A stretch of DNA of 43,683 nt from Actinomycetota bacterium (GCA_005883335.1 VAXM01000065.1:1-43683), one strand, 5' to 3'; positions 27,820-37,465 are shown, counted from the stretch's first letter. Numbers and translations: made by a program. The notes: generated by a model not told the origin, from the sequence alone.

Positions 27820-28967
27820 GACTCTACCCGCCTCCGAGGGAACGGCCTTCGGAGGGCGCGCCAGACGTACAGGACGAGCAGATCGACACCTACGAAGAGG
27901 ACGACGAGCCCCTGGATGATCTGCGTTAGGTTGCCGGCGAGCTCGGGCTTGAAGACGGACGGATCGAGGTTGCGGGTCGACGTCCCGGTGAGCAGCGCCC
28001 CGAAGAGCAGAGCGGCGAAGAAGATGCCGAGCGCGTTGTTTCGTCCGAGCAGCGCGACGGCGATGCCGATGAAGCCGATCTGCACGCTCTGCACCACCGT
28101 CAGGTCGAGGTTGAACTCCCAGCCGAGGATGTCGATCGAGCCGGCGAGTCCGGCGAACGCGCCGGAGATGGCCATTGCCAGGAAGTAGTTGCGCGGGACA
28201 CTGATGCCGCCATAGCGCGCGGCTTCGGCGTTGAACCCGACCGCCTTGACCTCATAGCCGAGCGTCGTCCGGTTGAGGACGAGCCAGTAGACGACCAGGG
28301 CGCCGAGGGCGATGAAGAAGCCGATGTGCAGTCCTTGGAGCGTCGGGAAGCCCCAGAAGACATCGAGCCTTGCGCTCTGCGCCACGGGCCGTGTCACCGG
28401 CGCCGAGAGGGCCCGTGGATCCTGCATCGGCCCGTTGAAGCCGACGAGGTAGCTCCCGACCCAGAGGGCGATCCAGTTGAGCATGATCGTCGTGATCACC
28501 TCGTGGGCGCCCACCGTCGCCTTCAGCAGGCCGGCGATACCCGCCCAGAGCGCCCCCGCGAGGGTCGCAGCGGCCATGGCGATGATCACGTGCACCGGGC
28601 CCGGCAGGCCGGCGAACCAGACGCCGAACTGGACACCGACGATCGCGCCGACCGTGTACTGGCCGTTGCCGCCGATGTTGAAGAGGCCACAGCGAAACGC
28701 GAACGCGACCGCGATCCCGGTCAGGATCAGCGGGGTGACGATGATCAGCGTCTGCTGAAGGTCCATCGCCGACCGGGAGGCCGTGTCCCACGGAAACCAG
28801 ACACGTGTGTCGGTGAACGGGATCCCGATCTTGTGCGAGCCGACGTGGAAGAACCAGTTCAGCCCGGTGCCGTCGAAGATGGCGCGATAGGTCGAGAGCG
28901 GGTTCTTCTTGGTTGTGGCCAGGATGACGAGCCCGCCGATGAAGAAGGCGATGACGGCCGTCAGCAA
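27816..28967 (-). CDS. ABC transporter permease (first permease)
   Basis: 383 aa polytopic protein. The track start is TTG 28967, but the frame stays open upstream to the ATPase stop with no ATG/GTG/TTG (see findings). Confidence 0.8.
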   Translation of the reverse strand: MLTAVIAFFIGGLVILATTKKNPLSTYRAIFDGTGLNWFFHVGSHKIGIPFTDTRVWFPWDTASRSAMDLQQTLIIVTPLILTGIAVAFAFRCGLFNIGGNGQYTVGAIVGVQFGVWFAGLPGPVHVIIAMAAATLAGALWAGIAGLLKATVGAHEVITTIMLNWIALWVGSYLVGFNGPMQDPRALSAPVTRPVAQSARLDVFWGFPTLQGLHIGFFIALGALVVYWLVLNRTTLGYEVKAVGFNAEAARYGGISVPRNYFLAMAISGAFAGLAGSIDILGWEFNLDLTVVQSVQIGFIGIAVALLGRNNALGIFFAALLFGALLTGTSTRNLDPSVFKPELAGNLTQIIQGLVVLFVGVDLLVLYVWRALRRPFPRRRVES

Positions 28968-29074
28968 CGGTGTGATGATGCCGCCGGCCCTCTGGTAGCC
29001 GGCGAGGCGCTCGGCAACGCTCGGAGGGCCGGCCTCCGGCGGGGAAGCAGGCGGGGGCGGTGTCGCCGCCTCGC

Positions 29075-30607
29075 TCAGGCCGCTTCTCTCCCGCGCCCGC
29101 CCGTCATGGCGATGCCGAGCTCTTCCTCGGTCACGTCGGGCGGGTACTCGGCGACTATCCGGCCCTCGTAGATGACGAGGATCCGGTCCGACAGCGAGAG
29201 GATCTCCTCGAGCTCCAGCGAGACGAGCAGGACCGCCTCACCACTGTCGCGCGCCTCGATCAGACGCTGGTGCACGAACTCGATTGCCCCCACGTCGAGG
29301 CCGCGCGTGGGTTGGGCCGCAATCAGCACCCGCGGGTCTCGCGCGATCTCCCGCGCGAGGACGACCTTTTGCTGATTGCCGCCCGAGAGCGCGGAGGCAA
29401 GCGTCTGCGGGCCCCCGCCCCGCACGTCGAACTGCTTCAGCAGGCCGCGGGCCCGATGGATGATCCGCCGAGGGAAGAGCCAGCCGAAGCGGGAGTTCGG
29501 CTCCTTGTCGAAGTCGTGCAGCGCGAGGTTCTCGGCGAGGCTGAAGTTGAGCACGAGGCCCCGGCGTTGCCTGTCCTCGGGTATGTGTCCGAGGCCCAGG
29601 TCGAGGATCCTGTTTGCAGATGACCCCGTGACGTCGTGTCCACCGAGCCGCACTCGGCCGGCCGACGTGCGACGGAGGCCGGTCACCGCCTCGACGACCT
29701 CGGACTGTCCGTTTCCGTCGACGCCGGCGAGCCCGACGATCTCACCTGCGCGCACGTCGAAGGTGACGCCCTTGACTGCCTCCAGTCCGCGGTCGTCGAG
29801 CACATGGACGTCCTCCACCTCCAGAAACGGCTGCCCGGGGGCCGCGGCGGCCTTCTCGACCCGCAGGAGGACCTCGCGGCCGACCATCATGCGGGCCAGC
29901 CCTCCCTCCGTCGCACCCTCGTGCGGCACGGTGCCGATCTTCTTTCCGCGCCGGAGCACAGTGATCCGGTCGGCGATCTCGAGCACCTCGTTCAGCTTGT
30001 GGCTGATGAAGATGACCGAGAGGCCCTCGCGCGTGAGCGTCCCGAGGATCTCGAAGAGCTCGCCGGCCTCCTGCGGCGTCAGCACTGCCGTCGGCTCGTC
30101 GAGGATCAGGATGTCCGCGCTGCGATAGAGCGCCTTCAGGATCTCGACTCGCTGCTGCTGGCCCACGCCGATGTTCTCGACCCGTGCCTGTGGATCGATC
30201 GCGAAGTTGAAGGTGCCGGCGAGATGTTCGACGCGCCGGTTCGCGGCGCGGTAATCGAGCAGCACGCCGGCATGGGTCGGCTCGCTGGCCAGGACGATGT
30301 TCTCCGCCACCGTCATCACCGGGATCAGCATGAAGTGCTGGTGCACCATTCCGATGCCGCGCGCGATCGCGTCCTTGGGCGAGTTGATTCGCACCGGCTC
30401 GCCCTTGATCCGGATCTCGCCCTCGTCCGGGTGGTAGAGCCCGTAGAGGATGTTCATCAGCGTCGACTTTCCGGCGCCGTTCTCGCCGAGCAGCGCGTGA
30501 ACCTCGCCCCGGCGAAGATCGAAGTCGATGTGGTCGTTGGCGAGGACCCCGGGGAAGTGCTTCGTGACCCCGCGGAGCTCTAGGACCGGCCGCTCGTCGT
30601 CGACCAT
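29075..30607 (-). CDS. ABC transporter ATP-binding protein with duplicated ATPase domains
   Basis: 510 aa. Walker A 'GENGAGKST' in the first domain and 'GVDGNGQSE' in the second. 'LSGGNQQK' signature. 'ILILDEPT' Walker B. Confidence 0.9.
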   Translation of the reverse strand: MVDDERPVLELRGVTKHFPGVLANDHIDFDLRRGEVHALLGENGAGKSTLMNILYGLYHPDEGEIRIKGEPVRINSPKDAIARGIGMVHQHFMLIPVMTVAENIVLASEPTHAGVLLDYRAANRRVEHLAGTFNFAIDPQARVENIGVGQQQRVEILKALYRSADILILDEPTAVLTPQEAGELFEILGTLTREGLSVIFISHKLNEVLEIADRITVLRRGKKIGTVPHEGATEGGLARMMVGREVLLRVEKAAAAPGQPFLEVEDVHVLDDRGLEAVKGVTFDVRAGEIVGLAGVDGNGQSEVVEAVTGLRRTSAGRVRLGGHDVTGSSANRILDLGLGHIPEDRQRRGLVLNFSLAENLALHDFDKEPNSRFGWLFPRRIIHRARGLLKQFDVRGGGPQTLASALSGGNQQKVVLAREIARDPRVLIAAQPTRGLDVGAIEFVHQRLIEARDSGEAVLLVSLELEEILSLSDRILVIYEGRIVAEYPPDVTEEELGIAMTGGRGREAA

Positions 30608-30616
30608 CCGGTAATC

Positions 30617-30646
30617 CTAGGGGGCGGGACCGCGCCCGCCCCCTAG
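30617..30646 (-). promoter_or_regulatory. intercistronic 12-bp GC hairpin between SBP and ATPase genes
   Basis: CTAGGGGGCGGG-ACCGCG-CCCGCCCCCTAG. Lies in the 49-nt gap between the SBP stop (30657) and the ATPase ATG (30607). Confidence 0.6.
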
Positions 30647-30656
30647 AAGCGTTTCT

Positions 30657-31715
30657 CTACTTGCTCGGGATCTTGATCTTGCCCTCGGCGATCAGCTTCG
30701 CGATGTGATTCGCCTTGGCCGTGATGAACGTCCGGTCGGCCTTCGAGAGCTTGGCGCTCAGCTTGCCGTAGCCGACGCCGTGGTTCTTGACGGTGTAGTT
30801 CTTGTTGAACCCGCCCTTGAAGCCCGTGGGATTCGCCTTGTAGGCCTTGATCGCGTCGAAGACGGAGAGATCGACGTGCTTCGTGGCGCTCGTCAGGATG
30901 TGCGGCCCGAGGAAGCTCTGGTCGGCGTCGACGCCGATCCCCCAGAGATGCTTCTGCTTGGCCGCGCTGAGCCCGCCGAGCCCGCAGGCACCGGCCGCCT
31001 CGAACTCGACGCGCGAGCCCTTGCCGATCTGGTTGAGGGTCGTCTCCTTGCACTTGGCCTGGTCGGCGAAGGTCGGGTCGTTCGCGTAGTCGATGTAGAC
31101 CTTGATCTTCCTGTTGGCCTTGTGTGCGCCCGCCCGGTAGCCCGCGAGGAAGCGGGTGATCGCCGGGACCTTGTTCGCACCGACACCGCCGACGACCATC
31201 TTGCCCTTGACGGGGTGACGCGTCTCCCAGAGACCGGCGATGTAGCCGACGAGGTAGCCCGCCTCCTGCTCGCGGAACTGGATTCCGCGCACGTTCGGTG
31301 GGTGCGAAGTGAGCCCGCTCCAGTCGACGTCGACACCTGCGAACTTCGTGTTCGGGAACGCGGGAGCCACGTCGTCGAGCGGGCCGAACTCGAAGAGGAC
31401 ACCGACCGCGATGACGAGGCCGTTGCCGTCCTGCGCGGCGGCCTGGAGGTTCGGCTTCCGGTCCGCCGCCGACTTGGTGATGTAGACGCGGCCCTTGACC
31501 TTCAGCTCCTTGATCGCCCGCTGCAAGCCCACGTAGGACAGATGGTTGAAGCCCTTGTCGTTGAGGCCGCCGATGTCGGTGACGAGAGCGACCTTGACCG
31601 CGGCATCGCCCTTTGTGGGCGCGGCACGACCGATTCCTGCGACGGCGGCAATCGCTACCGCCAGGACGCCGACGATCGTTGCGACCGCAAGCGTCATCCA
31701 AGTCTTTCGTTTCAC
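30657..31715 (-). CDS. BMP-family (Med/PnrA-like) ABC substrate-binding protein
   Basis: 352 aa. Signal/anchor 'WMTLAVATIVGVLAVAIAAVAG'. 'KVALVTDIGGLNDKGFN' block typical of BMP purine-nucleoside binding proteins. GTG start after GGAGGA. Confidence 0.85.
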   Translation of the reverse strand: MKRKTWMTLAVATIVGVLAVAIAAVAGIGRAAPTKGDAAVKVALVTDIGGLNDKGFNHLSYVGLQRAIKELKVKGRVYITKSAADRKPNLQAAAQDGNGLVIAVGVLFEFGPLDDVAPAFPNTKFAGVDVDWSGLTSHPPNVRGIQFREQEAGYLVGYIAGLWETRHPVKGKMVVGGVGANKVPAITRFLAGYRAGAHKANRKIKVYIDYANDPTFADQAKCKETTLNQIGKGSRVEFEAAGACGLGGLSAAKQKHLWGIGVDADQSFLGPHILTSATKHVDLSVFDAIKAYKANPTGFKGGFNKNYTVKNHGVGYGKLSAKLSKADRTFITAKANHIAKLIAEGKIKIPSK

Positions 31716-31799
31716 TTCGTTCCTCCCCAGTTGGGTGCTCAGGTGATGCTAAGCCGCGACCCCTGTGTCCGGCAAGGGGTAAGACGCCCGATTTTTGGC

Positions 31800-33968
31800 T
31801 TAGTTAGCCTGAACTCGGTCGAAATCGGACTCTGTGACGAGCACTCGCCGGGGCTTTGAACCCTCGTAGCCGGAGATGATTCCGCGGCGCTCGAGCATGT
31901 CGATCAGACGGCCCGCGCGGGTGTAGCCGACCCGTAAGCGGCGCTGGATCAGCGAAACCGACGCGGTCTGGGTCTGGACGACCACCTCGATCGCCTTCTC
32001 CAGCAGCGGGTCCTCGTCGGGGTCGAACTCGCCCTCAGCGGCGTTCGCCCCGTCGTCGCCTTGGTCGGGCGGCTCGAGCAGAGTCTCGTCCAGCTCCTGC
32101 TCGCGCTGGCCGCGGCACTGCTCGACGATCAGCGCGATCTCCTCCTCGGTCACGAACGCGCCCTGGAGGCGCTGCAGACGCGAGGTGCCGAGCGGCTTGA
32201 AGAGCATGTCGCCCTGGCCGAGGAGGCTCTCCGCGCCGGCCTGGTCGAGGATCACGCGTGAGTCGGTCTGGCTCGACACTGCGAACGCGATCCGGCTCGG
32301 GACGTTTGCCTTGATCATCCCGGTGATCACGTCAACCGAGGGGCGCTGCGTGGCCAAGACGAGGTGGATCCCGACCGCGCGGGACTTCTGCGCCAGGCGG
32401 ATGACGCAGTCCTCGACTTCCTGCGGCGAGATCATCATCAGGTCGGCGAGCTCGTCGATCACGACCAGCAGGTACGGCAGCTGCTTTTCGCCGCGCGAGC
32501 GCAGGGCGCGATTGGCCTCGGGCAGGTTGCGCGCGCGCACGGCCGAGAGCTGCTCGTACCGGCGTTCCATCTCTGCGACGACGTTGCGGAGCACCGCAGT
32601 CGCCTCCTTCGGGCTCGACACGACCGGCGCCAGCAGGTGCGGGATCGACTCGTAGTAGCCGAGCTCGATCCGCTTCGGGTCGATCAGGATCATCCGCACG
32701 TCGTCGGGGCTCGAGCGGAGCAGCACCGAGGTCAGGATCGTGTTGATGCAGCCCGACTTGCCCGAGCCGGTGGTGCCGGCGATCAGGATGTGCGGCATCC
32801 GGGCGAGATCCGTCCAGACGGCCTGGCCGGAGATGTCCTTGCCGAGCCAGACTGCGAGCGGGCTCGAGCTCTGCGGCAGGCCCTCGAAGATGTCGCCCAG
32901 GGTGACGAGGTTCGGGCTCGAGTTCGGGAGCTCGACGCCGACTGCCTGCTTGCCCGGGATCGGGGCGAGGATGCGGATCTCCGTCGTGGCCAATGCGTAG
33001 GAGAGGTCGTCCTTCAGCGCAGCGACCTTTGAGACCTTCGTCCCGGGCGCCAGCTGGAGCTCGTATCGCGTCACGCGCGGGCCCGAGATCTGGCCGATCA
33101 CGTTCGCGTCGACGCCGAAGTTCGCGAGGGTCTGGACGAGCGCCTCGGCGATCCTCGCCACGTGTTCGCCGTTCGGGCCTCCGCCGGGCGGCGACTTGCG
33201 CAGGATCTCGCGGTTCGGCAGGTGGTAGTCGGCCGCAGGCTCGGTGGTGACGTCAAAGAGGCTCATCTCCTCGGGTTCTCGCTCGGGCACGAGCAGCGGC
33301 TGCGGCTCGGTCTCCGAGACGAGGTCGGGGAACTCGTTGACGACGTCGATCGGCGGCGCCTGTGGAGTCGGCAGCAGCGCGCGCTCGCCCTCGATCACCC
33401 GCAACGGCGGGGCTGCGCGCTGGAACGAGCGCCTGGCCGCATGGTGGACCGCGCGGCCCGAGCTGCGCAGGATCGCGCCGGCCGAGGCGCCCGTCACGAG
33501 CAGCGCGCCGGCCAGCAGGGCGAGCACGCCGACGATCGCGACCCCGGTGCCGCCGAGCGCGAGCCCCAGTCCGCCGCCGAGCACGGTCCCGAAGTACCCG
33601 CCGTTGTCCTTCCCCAGGGTGAGCATCAGTCCGAGCGAGATCACCAGAACCCCTGTGCGGAAGGGCCGCACGTCGACGAGATCGCTGCGCGCCACCATCA
33701 GCGAGCCGACGATCGCCAGCGCGGCCGGCAAGCCGAGCGAGGCGGAGCCGAGCACCGCGTCCAGCCCGTCAGTGATCCAGCCGCCGACGTAGCCGCCGTT
33801 CCAGCCCGCCCAGAGCACGGCAACGAGAAAGACGCCCAGCGCGACGAGCCCGAGCCCGATCAGCTCGGGATGCTGGTGCCCACGCGTCTTGCGCTCGCGC
33901 TTCTTACGCGTCTTGACGCGCTTGGGCACGCGCGGCTTGAGCGTGCGTCTCTTGCGACGGCGCGCCAT
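31800..33968 (-). CDS. ftsK: DNA translocase FtsK/SpoIIIE
   Basis: The genuine start is ATG 33968 ('MARRRKRRTLKPR'). N-terminal TM helices. Walker A 'GTTGSGKS'. 'LLVVIDELADL'. Gamma wHTH 'SVSLIQRRLRVGYTRAGRLIDMLE'. The track ORF (to 34637) is a spurious 5' extension. Confidence 0.9.
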   Translation of the reverse strand: MARRRKRRTLKPRVPKRVKTRKKRERKTRGHQHPELIGLGLVALGVFLVAVLWAGWNGGYVGGWITDGLDAVLGSASLGLPAALAIVGSLMVARSDLVDVRPFRTGVLVISLGLMLTLGKDNGGYFGTVLGGGLGLALGGTGVAIVGVLALLAGALLVTGASAGAILRSSGRAVHHAARRSFQRAAPPLRVIEGERALLPTPQAPPIDVVNEFPDLVSETEPQPLLVPEREPEEMSLFDVTTEPAADYHLPNREILRKSPPGGGPNGEHVARIAEALVQTLANFGVDANVIGQISGPRVTRYELQLAPGTKVSKVAALKDDLSYALATTEIRILAPIPGKQAVGVELPNSSPNLVTLGDIFEGLPQSSSPLAVWLGKDISGQAVWTDLARMPHILIAGTTGSGKSGCINTILTSVLLRSSPDDVRMILIDPKRIELGYYESIPHLLAPVVSSPKEATAVLRNVVAEMERRYEQLSAVRARNLPEANRALRSRGEKQLPYLLVVIDELADLMMISPQEVEDCVIRLAQKSRAVGIHLVLATQRPSVDVITGMIKANVPSRIAFAVSSQTDSRVILDQAGAESLLGQGDMLFKPLGTSRLQRLQGAFVTEEEIALIVEQCRGQREQELDETLLEPPDQGDDGANAAEGEFDPDEDPLLEKAIEVVVQTQTASVSLIQRRLRVGYTRAGRLIDMLERRGIISGYEGSKPRRVLVTESDFDRVQAN

Positions 33969-33993
33969 GCGCGCTGCTTCGACGCGGAGCCGT

Positions 33994-35082
33994 TCATCCC
34001 TTGGATGTCGTCCAAACCACTTTGATCGGTCGCTCGAGGCCTGGAAGCGGCAGGCCGGTGGCCTCGGCCTCGATCGCGTCGCGCATTCCGCGCGAGAGAC
34101 GTGTCCAGGCTTCGATCCGTACGGTGTGCCGCGCCCGCCGCCAGGTTCCGCGGATCTCGCCTTCGACGAGGAGCGCGCCCGGCCACACGCGGGGCGTCCA
34201 AAGGCGCTGCCGCTGATCCTCGCTCGGAACGAGAAGCTCCCGCTCCGCTCCGTCCAGCAGAAAGTAGGCATCGCCGCTCGGCAGCAGGCGCGCGGCGGCG
34301 ACCGTATCGCCCGCGCGGATCGCCGGCTCGTCGTCGGCGAGCAGCCACTCGTCGCCGAGTGGTGATCGAACCGGCAGCAGGGATGCCTCGAGGGACGCGA
34401 ACGCGTCGGTCGCCGACCGCCGGGAGATCCCGGCCCAGCGGGCGAAGCCGTCAGCCGTCGCTGGCCCGAAAATGTGGAGGTAGCGTCGAGCGAGCTCGCG
34501 CCGCGCGTCGGCAGGATCGACCTCCGGACTGGCGACCGTCCAGATAGTCGGCGCACGCGCGCCCTCCCAGCGGATGGCGACCGTGCCCGTCGTCGCCGCG
34601 TACCTGATCTCGTTGCCAACGCCGCGTTCGCGTCCAACCTGGCGGTCCGTCATCCGCGTCCCGCCGAGGTGGGCGCGCAACAGCTCAGCCATGCGCTCCG
34701 CCCGAAGCCGGCCCTTGGCGTTTTCGGGAAGCCTCCCGAGCGAGAACAGCGCGAAGTCGCGCTTCGGGACGACGTAGGTGCTGTAACGAGGGCCCCACAG
34801 CTGGGCAAGCGAGGGGTGCTCCCACGTCGACGGCTCGACTCCGGCTACCCGCGCGTGCAACGAGAGCAGCGCGGCTCTCGGCATGCTGTCCTGCAGGCCG
34901 GCCCAAGCCGCCCGCCGCAGCGACTGCGCGCCCATCGGCAGTCGCTCGTCGAGCGCCCCGACCCGTCGTCGGAAGGCCAGGATCTGCTGGCGCGTGACCC
35001 TTAGTCGCGATTCCCCCGAACCCGCCATGAGCTCAAGGACCCTAAGTAAGTCGCGGCCCGGGCGAGGTACGAGCGTGATCAT
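33994..35082 (-). CDS. winged-helix DNA-binding domain protein (DUF1006 / YcaQ-AlkZ-like family)
   Basis: 'AGLQDSMPRAALLSLHARV', 'LWGPRYSTYVV', 'RRYLHIFGPATADGFARWAG' and 'GEIRGTWR' resemble the HTH_42 family. Start is uncertain (35082 or ATG at 35028). Confidence 0.6.
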   Translation of the reverse strand: MITLVPRPGRDLLRVLELMAGSGESRLRVTRQQILAFRRRVGALDERLPMGAQSLRRAAWAGLQDSMPRAALLSLHARVAGVEPSTWEHPSLAQLWGPRYSTYVVPKRDFALFSLGRLPENAKGRLRAERMAELLRAHLGGTRMTDRQVGRERGVGNEIRYAATTGTVAIRWEGARAPTIWTVASPEVDPADARRELARRYLHIFGPATADGFARWAGISRRSATDAFASLEASLLPVRSPLGDEWLLADDEPAIRAGDTVAAARLLPSGDAYFLLDGAERELLVPSEDQRQRLWTPRVWPGALLVEGEIRGTWRRARHTVRIEAWTRLSRGMRDAIEAEATGLPLPGLERPIKVVWTTSKG

Positions 35083-35110
35083 TTGCGATGCGGCGGCGTA
35101 CCTGCCGTGA

Positions 35111-35743
35111 ATGAGCGAGTCTTATTCTCAGAGCAGGATGAGTCAGCGCACGCTCATGGCCGTCGCATTTTCGGGCGCGATCCTGGTCCTCAGCGCAGCA
35201 GTCGCTGGATGTGGTGCAGGCGCTCGCCCTTTCACGGCGGAAGGTGGCGTGTCGGCCGGCCCCGGTAGCCGTCTCTGGGGCGACGGGTCATCGGGGCCAG
35301 ACGGGATGGAGATCGGCTGCATTCCTGGGCGACGCTTCGCTGTGGTCATCACGGTTCGAAACCGAACGAAACACACGGTCACGCTCCTGGGCGCCGACGG
35401 ACCTCCCCCTTTGCCCGGAGTGATTGATCGAGCGGCGGTGCAAGTCCATCTCGCACCGCCGCCTCCGAAGGGCGACCTCGTCGTGATCGGGCTGCGGGGC
35501 TGGAGCCGGCGGCACGCTGAGCCCATTGCCGTTCCGCCGGGCCGCTCTGGCTGGGTGCAGTCCAATTTCCTCATGCGGAACTGCGCGATGCTGAGCCGAC
35601 CTTCGACAGCGGAAGGGAGCATCACGCTGCGCTACCGCGTTGGCGGGTCTCTGGGAAGTGAGGTGGTTTCGGTCGCCGCTGCCCAGATACTTCTCACCCG
35701 TGGGCCTCGGCACCCCTCCCTGCCAATCAATCAAGTCGGCTGA
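35111..35743 (+). CDS. lipoprotein, unknown function
   Basis: Signal plus lipobox 'LMAVAFSGAILVLSAAVAGCG'. An alternative ATG lies at 35138. Confidence 0.5.
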   Translation: MSESYSQSRMSQRTLMAVAFSGAILVLSAAVAGCGAGARPFTAEGGVSAGPGSRLWGDGSSGPDGMEIGCIPGRRFAVVITVRNRTKHTVTLLGADGPPPLPGVIDRAAVQVHLAPPPPKGDLVVIGLRGWSRRHAEPIAVPPGRSGWVQSNFLMRNCAMLSRPSTAEGSITLRYRVGGSLGSEVVSVAAAQILLTRGPRHPSLPINQVG

Positions 35744-35770
35744 GCGAAGGAACCTTCGCACTCGCCGCCG

Positions 35771-35789
35771 ACGCCGGTTCGGCCGGCGT
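35771..35789 (+). terminator. hairpin after lipoprotein gene
   Basis: ACGCCGG-TTCGG-CCGGCGT (7-bp stem), preceded by GCGAAG-GAAC-CTTCGC at 35744-35759. No U-tract. Confidence 0.35.
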
Positions 35790-35901
35790 ACACGAATCTG
35801 ACGTGCGCCAGCGTGGGGGAAGTCACTCGACGCTTCGGGCTGACGATTCATGGTCTTCGGGAATGGGCGGCCGGATGCACGCACCGGCTAGCGTCTGCCG
35901 C

Positions 35902-36909
35902 ATGTCTGATCTCGGAGGCGAGCTCGACACCCTTGCGTCCGGGACAGGGTTCTCGGGTGTCGTTCGGATCGACCAAAGCGGCCAGATCGAGCTCGCGAGG
36001 GCGTACGGCTTTGCGCATCGCGGCTTCGAGATCCCGAACGCGGTGGACACGCGCTTCGGACTCGCGAGCGGGGCGAAAGGCTTCACGGCGCTCGCCGTCG
36101 TGAGCCTGATCGAGGAAGGCGTGCTCGAGCTCTCGACGCCCGCCCGCTCCGTCCTCGGCAGTGATCTGCCGATGATCGACGACGGCGTGACGGTCGAGCA
36201 CCTCCTGTCACACCGGTCGGGAATCGGCGACTACCTCGACGAGGAAGCCGGATTCGAGGTCGAGGAGTACGTGATGCCGGTACCGGTGCACGAGCTCGCG
36301 ACCACCGCGGACTACCTCGCGGTGCTCGACGGCCACGCGAGCAAGTTCGCGCCCGGCGAACGCTTCGCGTACTGCAACGCCGGCTACGTCGTGCTGGCGC
36401 TCATTGCCGAACGCACGAGCGGCATGCCCTTCCACGAGCTGGTCGAGCAGCGCGTGTGCCGGCGCGCCGGATTGACGGACACGGCGTTCCTGCGCTCCGA
36501 CGAGCTCCCCGGCCGGACCGCCCTCGGTTACGTCGAGGTCGACGGCGCGTGGAGGAGCAATGTCTTCCATCTCCCCGTGCGGGGGAGCGGCGACGGCGGG
36601 ATCTACTCCACGGCCGCGGACATGAGCTCGTTCTGGCTGGCGTTCTTCGCCGGCCGGATCGTCTCCGCAGACTGGGTCTCGGAGATGGTTCGGCCGCGCA
36701 GCGACGCGCCGAAACACTCGAAGCGCTACGGGCTGGGCTTCTGGCTCCACGCGTCGAACGACGCCGTCCTCCTGGAGGGGTACGACGCGGGTGTCTCGTT
36801 CCGGTCCGTGCACGATCCGCGCGCACGCGTGACGCTCACGGTGATCTCGAACACGAGCGATGGCGCGTGGCCGATCGCTCGGTATCTCGAGAATGCGGCT
36901 TCGAGCTGA
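35902..36909 (+). CDS. serine hydrolase of the beta-lactamase / class-C PBP-like family
   Basis: S-x-x-K 'SGAKGFTALAV' and Y-x-N 'FAYCNAGYVVLA'. Probable ATG at 35902; the track ORF starts at 35803. Confidence 0.75.
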   Translation: MSDLGGELDTLASGTGFSGVVRIDQSGQIELARAYGFAHRGFEIPNAVDTRFGLASGAKGFTALAVVSLIEEGVLELSTPARSVLGSDLPMIDDGVTVEHLLSHRSGIGDYLDEEAGFEVEEYVMPVPVHELATTADYLAVLDGHASKFAPGERFAYCNAGYVVLALIAERTSGMPFHELVEQRVCRRAGLTDTAFLRSDELPGRTALGYVEVDGAWRSNVFHLPVRGSGDGGIYSTAADMSSFWLAFFAGRIVSADWVSEMVRPRSDAPKHSKRYGLGFWLHASNDAVLLEGYDAGVSFRSVHDPRARVTLTVISNTSDGAWPIARYLENAASS

Positions 36910-36978
36910 GCGACTTTCCCCGTAAGTCGGCCTACGCGGACACTGGGTGGTAGTGAAGGTCGGGCCAGCGTCCTGTGT

Positions 36979-37377
36979 CTAGCGGCGCTTTTTGAGCTTC
37001 TCGGCGGCGCGGCGCTGCTGGCGGTTCATCGGCTCGGGCATCGCGCCCTGCTCGCCCGCCGCGTCGAGCCAGGCCTTCCGCTCGGCGGCGCTGAGGCGTG
37101 AAAGCGCCTGCTGCGCCCGCATCGGGTCCCGGGTCGCGCCCGAGCGCTCGAGCTTGGCGACCGCGCTCGCGAGCTCCGGGTTCTTGCGTTCGAGCGTCGC
37201 CTGCGACGCCTTGCGGAGCTGCTTGCCGAGGTACGGGACCTTCATCAGCCCCGTCGCGAGCGGCCGCACGTAGCGCCCGCCCTGCACCCGCGCGAGCAGG
37301 TTGAGGACGATCAACAGGAAGAGGATCCCGACCAGCACGAAGACCGGGATCAGGTAGGTCAAGATCGAGGCCAGCAT
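36979..37377 (-). CDS. small single-pass membrane protein with basic C-terminus, unknown function
   Basis: 132 aa. N-terminal TM 'ILTYLIPVFVLVGILFLLIVLNLL'. C-terminal '...NRQQRRAAEKLKKRR'. High GC3. Confidence 0.5.
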   Translation of the reverse strand: MLASILTYLIPVFVLVGILFLLIVLNLLARVQGGRYVRPLATGLMKVPYLGKQLRKASQATLERKNPELASAVAKLERSGATRDPMRAQQALSRLSAAERKAWLDAAGEQGAMPEPMNRQQRRAAEKLKKRR

Positions 37378-37440
37378 CGGGCGTAGCGTAGCTAGGACGG
37401 ATACTCCCGACTTCGACTGTGTCGACTGGTCATTTCAGAC

Positions 37441-37465
37441 GGACGCGCGGCAGAGCCACGCGTCC
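37441..37465 (-). terminator. hairpin downstream of hypothetical gene 37490..38044
   Basis: GGACGCG-11 nt-CGCGTCC, 25 nt after the stop. Confidence 0.3.

Noticed and set aside
33969-34637. 223-codon 5' extension of the ftsK ORF in the track
   Set aside because: The extension is Arg/Ser/Pro-rich and overlaps the better-supported YcaQ-like gene out of frame. ATG 33968 gives the typical basic FtsK N-terminus followed by TM helices.
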